In this document: one piece after another, positions 24,391-32,643 of the stretch | How positions within the stretch are numbered: the stretch's first letter is position 1 | Layout: every line of letters begins with the position of its first letter | Assembly: GCA_050730875.1 (NCBI GenBank) | Contig: JBOHNX010000001.1 | Span: 425,972 to 489,971, forward strand | Length of the DNA stretch: 64,000 nucleotides | Source: Candidatus Saccharimonadales bacterium | GTDB lineage: Bacteria; Patescibacteriota; Saccharimonadia; Saccharimonadales; EFPC-124 | Direction: 5' to 3' | Notes under the pieces: generated by a model | What the model was told of the DNA's origin: nothing | The model's input: only the letters and a program-made list of their open reading frames with translations | The model's database searches: none | Made by a program: the position numbers and the translations under genes

Positions 24391-25764
24391 CTAACCTTTG
24401 TGCAGCGAGAATCGCTCGTAATGAACTTGGGCTGCGGGCACACCAAGCTGCTTTAATGCTGCAACTACTCCCGCCATCATTGGTGGTGGACCACACAAAA
24501 AGATATCTCTTTCTGTTATATCGGGGACTAAACGGGCAATTTTATCTTTATCAACATAACCCTTTTCGCCAGAATACTCTGACTCTTCGCTCACAACATT
24601 GTGCACTGGCATGCTAATTTTGTGGCCCAGCTGCGTGAGCTCATTCAGAAATATCGTGTCAGTCACGCTGCGGTTTCCGTAGAGTAAAATGGCATCGCCG
24701 CCGCTTTGCTTTGCTCGCTCTTCAATCATCGCTCGGATTGGCGTAATGCCCACACCGCCGGCAATATAGAGTACTTTCTGCTGGCGCTGCTGTTCGTGCG
24801 TAAAGGCACCGTACGGGCCACTGACCATTACGGGAGTGCCGGGTTTAATAAACGGCACCTGGTTTGTGAAGTCGCCAAGCTGGCGAATCGTCAGGCGAAG
24901 GTGCTGGCTATTGGGCACCATCGAAAGCGAAAATGGATGCTCTTGCCAACCAAGTTCTTTCGTAAAGAATCGCACCATGACAAACTGGCCCGCTTTGGCT
25001 GGAAAACGGTCCATATGCTTGCCCGTAATGTACACCGAGGTCGCGGTATCGGTTTCCTTCACGACTTTTTCAACCATAAAGCGATGCCGCCAAAAACTGT
25101 AAAGCGGCTTGCCAAAGCGCCAAATCAGCATATTGGCTGCTATAAACAAATAGAGACCTATCCAATATGCACTAAATTCGCGGCTTCCCTGTAGCTCTGC
25201 ACCATTCGCCAATTGGTGCCACACTACCGAAACGATTGCGATGTAGCTAATAAGATGCACAGCGTACCAGGTTTCGAATTTGAAATGTTTGCGCACAATA
25301 TAAATAGATGTGACAACCGAGGTCACAAACAAAATCTCGGCCAGCAGAGCAAACGGCACAAATGGCGATTGAAGCGTTTGTAAATACTGCGTGACCCAAT
25401 CGTTACCGCTGAGCAACGCATAGCCATTCACGATGAGAAGCGGATGCGCAATAATCAGCGCGAGCGCCGCGACACCGTTACGACGATGAAAAATGGCGAT
25501 TTTATCGAGCCCGAAGATCGGCTCTAGCCAACCAACTCGTCCCATCAAAACAAATTGTGTAACCACACTGAAAGTTGCCAAAAGCCCGGCTAGGCGTCCA
25601 AGAGAAATGAGCGCGCTTCCCAGGTCTTCACTAAACAGTAGCGGGCCTGAATTCACCGCCCACACGGCAGTAATGACGCCGCCATTTGCCGCCCAAAATA
25701 ACCAAGCTAGCGTCTTTTTTAGTATTCGTTTTTGTGTGACGGTCATGCAATTAGTTTTACTCAA
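24391..25764 (-). CDS. Ferric-reductase-like transmembrane protein with FAD/NAD(P)H-binding domains
   Basis: 457 aa. 6 TM with paired His (HRRNG, HPLL, VHLISY, WHQL), then RLTIRQLG (FAD) and YIAGGVGITP (NAD) motifs. Confidence 0.8.
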   Translation of the reverse strand: MSKTNCMTVTQKRILKKTLAWLFWAANGGVITAVWAVNSGPLLFSEDLGSALISLGRLAGLLATFSVVTQFVLMGRVGWLEPIFGLDKIAIFHRRNGVAALALIIAHPLLIVNGYALLSGNDWVTQYLQTLQSPFVPFALLAEILFVTSVVTSIYIVRKHFKFETWYAVHLISYIAIVSVVWHQLANGAELQGSREFSAYWIGLYLFIAANMLIWRFGKPLYSFWRHRFMVEKVVKETDTATSVYITGKHMDRFPAKAGQFVMVRFFTKELGWQEHPFSLSMVPNSQHLRLTIRQLGDFTNQVPFIKPGTPVMVSGPYGAFTHEQQRQQKVLYIAGGVGITPIRAMIEERAKQSGGDAILLYGNRSVTDTIFLNELTQLGHKISMPVHNVVSEESEYSGEKGYVDKDKIARLVPDITERDIFLCGPPPMMAGVVAALKQLGVPAAQVHYERFSLHKG

Positions 25765-26203
25765 CTACCTCAATCGTGCCGGTCATATTTGGATGCGGCG
25801 TACAGTGGTACCGAAATGTTCCCACAGTATCAAAGACGAATTCGAAGCTCTCGCCCTGCTGCAAGATCGCTGCAGTTTTTGGTGGCCCACCAGCTGGTGC
25901 ATCGGCATCAGACACCACGTTATGGCCCACGCTATCTTCGTTTGTCCAAACGACCTTCGTACCCTTTTTAACTGTCATCTTTGCCGGAGTAAAAGCAAAA
26001 CTTACTATGCTTATCGATTGCTGCTCCTGCGGCTGACTGGTTGGCGTGGTACTTTCGGTCTGCTTTTGCTGCTGCGGAGTAGTCTGCTTATTTGATTCGG
26101 CCGGCTGCTGCGTTTTGGTTTGCGCAAGCAAAAGCCACACCATACCAAGCCCAAGCAATACCAGCAGGATGAGTCCAATTGTTAGTAGCGTTGATCGTTT
26201 CAT
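25757..26203 (-). CDS. Membrane-anchored cupredoxin (plastocyanin/amicyanin-like)
   Basis: N-terminal TM, Q/T/P-rich linker, type-1 Cu ligand pattern GHNV ... YHCTPHPNM. Overlaps the downstream reductase gene by 8 nt. Confidence 0.8.
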   Translation of the reverse strand: MKRSTLLTIGLILLVLLGLGMVWLLLAQTKTQQPAESNKQTTPQQQKQTESTTPTSQPQEQQSISIVSFAFTPAKMTVKKGTKVVWTNEDSVGHNVVSDADAPAGGPPKTAAILQQGESFEFVFDTVGTFRYHCTPHPNMTGTIEVVE

Positions 26204-26266
26204 AGTGAATAACCCCCACTTCTCTTATACGCCACAATGGCTAGGCAGCACAAGCGTTTTAGGGCG

Positions 26267-27682
26267 CTAAGCCGTTGCAAATTCTTGGGCGCGGACGCCA
26301 ATGTCGATTGGATAGACGCCGTTAAAGCAAGATGTCGAAAGCTGGTCTGCAGGTAAGCCAGTTGCTTTTATCATGCCGTCGTACGATAAGTAGCCGAGCG
26401 AATCGGCGCCAAGATGCGCGCGGATTTCTTCGGTCGACATGCGCGCAGCAATTAAATCTTCCTGGCGCGGTGTGTTAATACCGTAAAAGTCGGGATATTT
26501 AACAGGCGGTGAACTAATAAGAATGTGAACTTCTTTTGCGCCAGCGCCGTAAATCATATCGACAATTTTCTGCGTGGTTGTGCCCCGGACAATCGAGTCG
26601 TCGATTACAATGACGCGGCGATCTTTGAGGCTCTCGACAACCGGATTTAACTTCATTTTTAAATCGCGCTCGCGCAGCTCGGACGTGGGACGAATAAAGG
26701 TACGGTGAATGTAACGATTTTTGATGAGTCCCATTTCGAACGGAACGCCACTCTGGTTGGCATAGCCAAGAGCTGCGGGAATTGCCGAATCTGGCACAGG
26801 TATCACCACGTCGGCTTCAATAGGAAACTCTTTTGCGAGCTCTCTGCCAAGCGCTTTGCGTACGTCGTTGACGCGCTTGCCGAGCAGCAGGCTATCTGGC
26901 CTTGCAAAATACACAAACTCAAAAATGTCCAACTTTTGGCGCCCCGGCACAAGTTGTTGTGAGCGTAGCCCATGTTCATCTATGACAACTAGCTCGCCTG
27001 GTTTTACATCGCGCACAAATATTGCGCCAATGGTGTCAAACGCGCAGGTTTCGGATGCTACTACAAAACCATCATCTAGTTTACCGATCGAAAGTGGGCG
27101 TATGCCACATTCGTCCCGAAATGCTATGAGTGTTTTTGCATCCATGGCAACAACCGAAAACGCACCTTGCAGGAGCGGATATGTATGCTCGATAGCGCTA
27201 GCTAAATCGTCGCCATCATCAAGGCGGCAAGCTATGGCTTCAGTCATGAGCGCAGAGTCGCTGAGGCCATCGGTAGCAATACCGCGCGCGCTCAGAAATG
27301 TTATGAGCTTAGTGGTGATTGGTAAATTGCCGTTATGTGCTAGAGCAAAGCGATGGTCGCGTTTTAGAAATGGCTGACAGTGACGGTCGTCTGTACCGCC
27401 AGATGTCGAGTAGCGATTGTGGCCGATGGCAATATGGCCGGGCAGCTGCTCGATATCTTCTTCGTGGTAGACGTTAGCCACCAGGCCAGGGCCGACGTGA
27501 CGATGAAGTTGCTCACCATCCGAACTTACAATGCCTGAACTTTCCTGCCCTCGGTGCTGCAATGCCCACAAGCCATAAAACGTCAGGCGTGCTGCTTCCA
27601 GGCCCTGCCCATACACTCCAAAAACAGCGCACTTTTCAGCAAGCTCGGGCGTTTCGGCAACGGAAATTCGGCGGCTTTTCAC
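26267..27682 (-). CDS. purF: Amidophosphoribosyltransferase
   Basis: Propeptide then CAVFGV Ntn nucleophile. PRTase loop VIVIDDSIVRGTT. Confidence 0.92.
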   Translation of the reverse strand: MKSRRISVAETPELAEKCAVFGVYGQGLEAARLTFYGLWALQHRGQESSGIVSSDGEQLHRHVGPGLVANVYHEEDIEQLPGHIAIGHNRYSTSGGTDDRHCQPFLKRDHRFALAHNGNLPITTKLITFLSARGIATDGLSDSALMTEAIACRLDDGDDLASAIEHTYPLLQGAFSVVAMDAKTLIAFRDECGIRPLSIGKLDDGFVVASETCAFDTIGAIFVRDVKPGELVVIDEHGLRSQQLVPGRQKLDIFEFVYFARPDSLLLGKRVNDVRKALGRELAKEFPIEADVVIPVPDSAIPAALGYANQSGVPFEMGLIKNRYIHRTFIRPTSELRERDLKMKLNPVVESLKDRRVIVIDDSIVRGTTTQKIVDMIYGAGAKEVHILISSPPVKYPDFYGINTPRQEDLIAARMSTEEIRAHLGADSLGYLSYDGMIKATGLPADQLSTSCFNGVYPIDIGVRAQEFATA

Positions 27683-27724
27683 TTGCGTATATCGTAACTG
27701 CTTATGCCATGCTGGACAAGAGAA

Positions 27725-29071
27725 TTATTGCAGAAGGTTCTCAATCGACGTACCTTCGTCGTACAAAAGCAAATCGTCCGAGTGCATACTCCATGTATGC
27801 TGGATTGGTGCGATAATTTTCCAGGCCGCCAGCACTTCATCGTTCGATGTAAACAGGCTGTGATCCGAGCGAATAGCATCGAGCAACACTTGTTCGTACG
27901 CATCGGGCAAGGCAGTAAAGTGGTCTTCGTAGGTAAAGCGGAGCGGCACGTGTTCGAGCTGTCGTTCGTAACCTGGACGTTTTGCCCACAGCGCGACTTC
28001 TACGCCTTCGCGCGGTTGCACACGCAGTACTAGTTGGTTGGCTTCGCGGGCGTCTTCTTGTTTGTAATGAATACGAATTTCGGTCGATTTTTCTTTGAGT
28101 GCTTTGCCGGTTGCAAGTCGAAATTGCACACCTTCCCAGCGTGGATCGCGCGATTCTAACGTTAGGGCTGTGAAGGTTTCGGTAGTTGAGCCAGGATTTT
28201 GTACCTCTTCACTATAGCCACGATATTGCCCACGGCGGGCATCGCCAGCCAATTGCAAACTACGCAGGGCGGCAGCTCGTTTTTTTGGTACATTTGTCCA
28301 GTCACCGTACGCAGGCATCTCCATGAGCGTTAATGCCGCGAGCTGCAGCAAGTGGCTTTGCACAATGTCACGCAATGCACCTGTTTGCTCGTAAAAAACG
28401 GCACGACCTTCGATACCGATTTTTTCACTCGCAATAATATCTATCCGGTCAATAAAGTCTTTGTTCCAAGTGTGCCGGAACAGCGAATTGCTGCTACGAA
28501 ATACCAAAATGTTTTGCGCCATTTCTTTGGCGAGGTAATGGTCGATTCGGTACACCTGTTCTTCGTCGAAAAACTTTTTGGTATGGTCCACTAGGTCTTC
28601 GGCCGATGCTAAATCGGTGCCAAACGGCTTTTCAAGCAAAAGTTTAGTTTGGGTGCCACGCGCCCGCTCAGCGTTGCCCATGTTCTCGATGATTGGCTGC
28701 GAAACTTGCGGCGGCACAGAAAGATAAAACAGACGCTGAGCGGCAGCGCTGAAGTTCGACTCCAGATCACCAAGATACGCAGCTAATTTCTTATAATCAG
28801 CAGGATCCGCAAGATCCATCTGATACATTTTTAAGCACTGTGCCAGTTCACTACCTTTATCCAGAACATCACTTGCCTTAAGCTCACGTCGGGTTACGCC
28901 GACAATGCGAAAATCCTCTGGCAGCTCACCCGCCTTGGCAATCGCCTGGATAGCCGGCAGCAATTTGCGCCGCGCTAAATCACCAGAAATACCCACAATA
29001 ACTAAGATGGTTGGCTGACTACCGCTCGCCATAGCCTTACTGTAGTTGCTACTTGCTCGGTTGTCGAGCAC
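27725..29071 (-). CDS. zwf: Glucose-6-phosphate dehydrogenase
   Basis: GISGDLARRKLLPA, EKPFGTDLASA, RIDHYLAKE motifs. True start may be ATG 29032. Confidence 0.9.
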   Translation of the reverse strand: MLDNRASSNYSKAMASGSQPTILVIVGISGDLARRKLLPAIQAIAKAGELPEDFRIVGVTRRELKASDVLDKGSELAQCLKMYQMDLADPADYKKLAAYLGDLESNFSAAAQRLFYLSVPPQVSQPIIENMGNAERARGTQTKLLLEKPFGTDLASAEDLVDHTKKFFDEEQVYRIDHYLAKEMAQNILVFRSSNSLFRHTWNKDFIDRIDIIASEKIGIEGRAVFYEQTGALRDIVQSHLLQLAALTLMEMPAYGDWTNVPKKRAAALRSLQLAGDARRGQYRGYSEEVQNPGSTTETFTALTLESRDPRWEGVQFRLATGKALKEKSTEIRIHYKQEDAREANQLVLRVQPREGVEVALWAKRPGYERQLEHVPLRFTYEDHFTALPDAYEQVLLDAIRSDHSLFTSNDEVLAAWKIIAPIQHTWSMHSDDLLLYDEGTSIENLLQ

Positions 29072-29190
29072 GTAAAGTTAGGTTTTATGAGCAATAAAGA
29101 GGATAATAAATAATAAGAGTGGGGAAAGGGTTATTTTATGGCACAAAAAGATAGAGGCAAAAAAGAAAAGCGGAAGCCGAAGGTGAAGCA

Positions 29191-29433
29191 ATGATGCCAA
29201 TGACTGAAGAAGAAATTGTAAGGGCTCTCGAGGATATGGAAAGAGACCCCAATTTCGTTACCAATGCAGCTTTTACCACCAACATAGCCGTTTGGCCTGA
29301 CAACCAGATGCCATTTGTGCAGCATCACCTTCACTACCTGAAGACTCATAAGTTAACTCACCCTCGGGGTTACTTATCGAACTTACGGCTCATGTTAAGG
29401 GTATCCGACGGCAAAGCCAGTCGCACTACTTAA
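29191..29433 (+). CDS. Hypothetical small protein (80 aa)
   Basis: ORF track. Its start overlaps (ATGA) the stop of an unlisted 18-codon basic micro-ORF at 29138-29194. No family recognised. Confidence 0.4.
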   Translation: MMPMTEEEIVRALEDMERDPNFVTNAAFTTNIAVWPDNQMPFVQHHLHYLKTHKLTHPRGYLSNLRLMLRVSDGKASRTT

Positions 29434-29454
29434 CCAAACTGCTACAATACAAGA

Positions 29455-30738
29455 ATGAACGCGGCTTCGCGCAAGATTCAACGCACTTATCTGACGCTCC
29501 TGCTGTTTAATACACTGGCGGCTTCGCTAATTTGGGGTATTAATACTCTGTTCTTGCTGGATGCTGGTCTTAGCAACTTGGAGGCCTTTGCGGCGAACGC
29601 TTTCTTTACGGCTGGTTTAGTACTTTTTGAGATACCAACTGGCGTGATTGCGGATTTGCGCGGTCGGCGGGCTTCCTATCTGCTCGGATCGCTCACTTTG
29701 GCTATTTCGACCGCATTGTACTTGTGGATGTGGTATGTGTCGGCACCGTTTTGGGCATGGGCGGTTTCGTCGGCTTTTTTGGGGCTTGGATTCACCTTTT
29801 TCTCGGGCGCGGTGGAAGCTTGGCTGGTAGATGCTCTGACCGCTAGTGGTTTTAAAGGCAAGTTAGAATCTGTTTTCGCAAAAGGGCAAATAACTCAGGG
29901 CGTAACCATGCTCACCGGCTCGGTTTTGGGCGGTTTCATTGCGCAAGTAACCGACCTTGGCGTTCCTTACATTTTGCGAGCAGCCATTCTGGTCATTACG
30001 TTTGGTTTGGCATTTTGGCTCATGCATGACCTTGGCTTTAAGCCCGATCGCGGCAAAAAACCAATGAAAGAGATTAAAACAATTCTGGCAGGTTCCATGG
30101 AGCACGGCCTGCGAAATCCACCCGTGAGATGGGTTATGCTGGCTGCACCGTTTACGATGGGCGTAACTTTTTACGCGTTTTATGCAATGCAGCCTTATTT
30201 GCTCGAACTATACGGCGACAAAGAAGCATACGGAATTGCCGGATTAGCTGCGGCGATTGTTGCTTGTGCGCAAATTGCTGGCGGACTACTCGTGCCGTAC
30301 ATTGGCAAGCTATTTAAACGACGAACTTCAGTGTTAATAGCGGGCGTCATATTTAGTACGTTGGCGCTTGCGACTATAGGCTTAGTACAAAACTTTTGGC
30401 TTGCGGTTTCCCTGTTGGTTGTATGGGGGCTTACCTTTGCGGCAGTTACGCCGGTTCGCCAGGCTTACATTAATGCGCTCATTCCGTCTAAGCAGCGTGC
30501 AACCGTATTGTCGTTCGATTCGCTTCTTGGCTCAACTGGCGGCGTCGGTATTCAGCCAGTTCTGGGTAAAGTTGCAGATGCATGGAACTACCCAACTTCC
30601 TACATCGTTGGCGCAGCCTTCCAAGCAATTGCCTTGCCGTTCACCCTACTTGCGCGTCGCGAAAAGAACGGCGCCGATGCAATAAGAGTCGAGGCGCTTC
30701 AACCAGTCCCCGTTCCAGAAAAACCGCTTCAGAAGTAG
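29455..30738 (+). CDS. MFS transporter
   Basis: 427 aa, 12 TM, loop 2-3 motif GVIADLRGRR. Confidence 0.85.
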   Translation: MNAASRKIQRTYLTLLLFNTLAASLIWGINTLFLLDAGLSNLEAFAANAFFTAGLVLFEIPTGVIADLRGRRASYLLGSLTLAISTALYLWMWYVSAPFWAWAVSSAFLGLGFTFFSGAVEAWLVDALTASGFKGKLESVFAKGQITQGVTMLTGSVLGGFIAQVTDLGVPYILRAAILVITFGLAFWLMHDLGFKPDRGKKPMKEIKTILAGSMEHGLRNPPVRWVMLAAPFTMGVTFYAFYAMQPYLLELYGDKEAYGIAGLAAAIVACAQIAGGLLVPYIGKLFKRRTSVLIAGVIFSTLALATIGLVQNFWLAVSLLVVWGLTFAAVTPVRQAYINALIPSKQRATVLSFDSLLGSTGGVGIQPVLGKVADAWNYPTSYIVGAAFQAIALPFTLLARREKNGADAIRVEALQPVPVPEKPLQK

Positions 30739-30739
30739 C

Positions 30740-30946
30740 TTATTCGTTGTAGTCCTCTTTAGGTTTTTCTAATTCGCCCTTTTCCTGCTGAGTTTTCAAA
30801 AGCTCCATCAGGTTTTCTTTGGCTGATTTTTTGCCAGCATGCTTAATATCTTCTGTTTCACCCGCCGCTTCAAGATGATCTTCGACAATATTATTGTGAT
30901 CGCCGTGGTCGTCATACGGCAACTTACAACCGCACGTGTAGCACAT
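30740..30946 (-). CDS. Small Cys/His-rich protein, putative metal-binding
   Basis: 68 aa. N-terminus MCYTCGCKLPYDDHGDHNNIVEDH, acidic/Lys-rich tail. AGGAGG SD 6 nt upstream. Confidence 0.65.
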   Translation of the reverse strand: MCYTCGCKLPYDDHGDHNNIVEDHLEAAGETEDIKHAGKKSAKENLMELLKTQQEKGELEKPKEDYNE

Positions 30947-31077
30947 GAGTGTACCTCCTAAGATTCAAATGTAGTCGTGCGTAGACCTGGTGGCTGTTAA
31001 GAATTTCACAATCCTTCACGTTCGTCCCTTTAAAAGTATGAACTTTTTAGGTATAATCTGCCCTGTTACTAAAGTGA

Positions 31078-31152
31078 TGGCGAGTGGCCAAGCGGTAAGG
31101 CGCCTGACTCTGGATCAGGAGATCGTAGGTTCGAATCCTACCTCGCCAGCCA
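31078..31152 (+). tRNA. tRNA-Gln (anticodon CTG)
   Basis: Hand fold: acceptor TGGCGAG/CTCGCCA, anticodon stem CCTGA/TCAGG with loop CTCTGGA, T arm GTAGG-TTCGAAT-CCTAC, encoded CCA. Confidence 0.88.
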
Positions 31153-31171
31153 AGTTTAGATAACAGACACG

Positions 31172-31203
31172 AAGTCGTCCATTTTTGGGCGACTTTTGTT
31201 TTG
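31172..31203 (+). terminator. Intrinsic terminator after tRNA-Gln
   Basis: AAGTCGTCCA ttttt TGGGCGACTT (one mismatch) followed by TTGTTTTGG. Confidence 0.6.
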
Positions 31204-31226
31204 GTCTGAATTTTGATCTGTTGCAC

Positions 31227-31239
31227 GGGTTCGAATCCC
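31227..31239 (+). other. tRNA T-arm-like fragment (GGGTTCGAATCCC), not part of a foldable tRNA
   Basis: The 13-mer has T-loop consensus TTCGAAT flanked by GGG/CCC. I could not fold the flanks into acceptor or anticodon arms. Confidence 0.35.
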
Positions 31240-31308
31240 TCCTATATGCACATGCCTGAAAAAGTTGAAGAAAACCTTAAAAGCCACGAATTCTCTTAAG
31301 AAGTGGAG

Positions 31309-31336
31309 AGGCCCCCGGCTGTGTAGCCGGGGGCCT
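31309..31336 (-). terminator. Perfect 12-bp GC hairpin downstream of cassette D ORF
   Basis: AGGCCCCCGGCT gtgt AGCCGGGGGCCT. A second hairpin CAGACGC/GCGTCTG lies at 31374-31392, nearer the stop. Confidence 0.5.
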
Positions 31337-31403
31337 GGTAGTAGTGGATGAGCACTCGGGCCCAGGGGTTGGTCAGACGCTCAGGGCGTCTGGCGGCGGC
31401 GGG

Positions 31404-31712
31404 TCACTTCCACTGGATGTAGGACGCCGTGGCCCGGGAGCTGCTGTTGCAGAACCGGGTATCCCACCACGAGACGTAGCGGGGGAACCACGGCCCATAC
31501 ACCGTGTACGTGAAGTGGGAACCGATCACCTTGCACTGGACGGCGAGACGGGTCTCGCGGCCTTCGTAACTGCAACCGCCACCACCGGAGTTCCAGTAGA
31601 CCTCGGCCCGACAGGTATGAGCCTGGGCCGGCGTAGCGCCGAAGGCCATGGTACCACCCACGAGAGCGAATGACATCAGGGCGGTGGCGACGAACTTCTT
31701 GGTGCGTCTCAC
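31404..31712 (-). CDS. Small secreted Cys-containing protein, high-G+C cassette D (102 aa)
   Basis: Track ORF 31404..31775. I prefer GTG 31710-31712 after GGAAGGGA. Signal peptide RRTKKFVATALMSFALVGGTMAFGATPAQA|HT. Mature part has 4 Cys and is Trp/Tyr-rich. Spot count 38/60 G+C at 31501-31560. Confidence 0.65.
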   Translation of the reverse strand: MRRTKKFVATALMSFALVGGTMAFGATPAQAHTCRAEVYWNSGGGGCSYEGRETRLAVQCKVIGSHFTYTVYGPWFPRYVSWWDTRFCNSSSRATASYIQWK

Positions 31713-31782
31713 AGGAGTTCCCTTCCACTGGGGGGTTGCATGGGTATGGCCAGCGCGCAGCCGACGTACGCCCATGCAAATT

Positions 31783-31798
31783 AGCGACGATCGTCGCT
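31783..31798. promoter_or_regulatory. Perfect 16-bp palindrome in cassette D leader (operator-like)
   Basis: AGCGACGATCGTCGCT lies 11-26 nt downstream of the predicted -10 on the minus strand. Confidence 0.3.
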
Positions 31799-31808
31799 CG
31801 TGCAGTCA

Positions 31809-31837
31809 AATATATGTATTAAAAGGAATGATGTCAA
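31809..31837 (-). promoter_or_regulatory. Sigma70-like promoter of cassette D (TTGACA-17 nt-TATATT)
   Basis: Minus strand: -35 TTGACA (31832-31837), 17-nt spacer, -10 TATATT (31809-31814). Confidence 0.4.
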
Positions 31838-31845
31838 TACTAATA

Positions 31846-32556
31846 TTATGCACTCTCTTTCGAGTCGGCCGCTAACAACCATGTGTCATTATCCGCTAAG
31901 CGCCACAAACGAAGTGCCGCAGGCAGACTACCCAGTATAAACAGAACATTCACCAGGCCGAAGCCAACCCACCCGAATTGCGGAAAAATACCGTTTAACG
32001 GAAAGGTAAGGATTGTTATTGGACTCGTGAGGCCAATTGCCCAAGCCGCCCAGCCGGGCACCACCCGTGCTCGTCCCATAGCCCATGCGAGAATTACCAT
32101 GGCAACCAGATGTACAAGGGCATAGAAAATAAGGTAAAAGCTCATCAGGCCACTAGCATTAAATCTATCCCATAGAACAGCATATTGTTGACCTCCACCT
32201 AGTCCTGCCATCTCGGTCGTTAATGCTTCTTGGGCGATAAGAGCCAACCATGGCATCCATCCCACAAACCCCAAGAGACCACCAATCGTCGCCAGCCAAG
32301 GCTTGCGCTGATACGCAAGAACCGCAAAGCCTATCGCGCCTATTGGCAACAGAAAGCCTGTAATAATACCTAAAACTAAATGTGCTGCATTGACAGACGA
32401 GTTAACAGACAGATAGGCTGTAATCATTTCTTGTCCAGTTCCCCGCAGTAGTGGGTTGAGAAGTACGTAACCCGCAAACGTAATAGGTGCAATGACTACA
32501 GCTAATGCCAGCACGCGGTATATAAACGCACGAGTACTTTTGTTTTTCTTTATCAT
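31846..32556 (-). CDS. Hypothetical integral membrane protein
   Basis: 236 aa, about 6-7 TM. No family recognised. Confidence 0.6.
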   Translation of the reverse strand: MIKKNKSTRAFIYRVLALAVVIAPITFAGYVLLNPLLRGTGQEMITAYLSVNSSVNAAHLVLGIITGFLLPIGAIGFAVLAYQRKPWLATIGGLLGFVGWMPWLALIAQEALTTEMAGLGGGQQYAVLWDRFNASGLMSFYLIFYALVHLVAMVILAWAMGRARVVPGWAAWAIGLTSPITILTFPLNGIFPQFGWVGFGLVNVLFILGSLPAALRLWRLADNDTWLLAADSKESA

Positions 32557-32643
32557 GCTTATCCTTACTATAAGATATGGCTAAGGCATTATGATAGTAT
32601 ATTTTGCACTTTAATAGAATGTGTGTGCTTATAGCGTGTAGAC

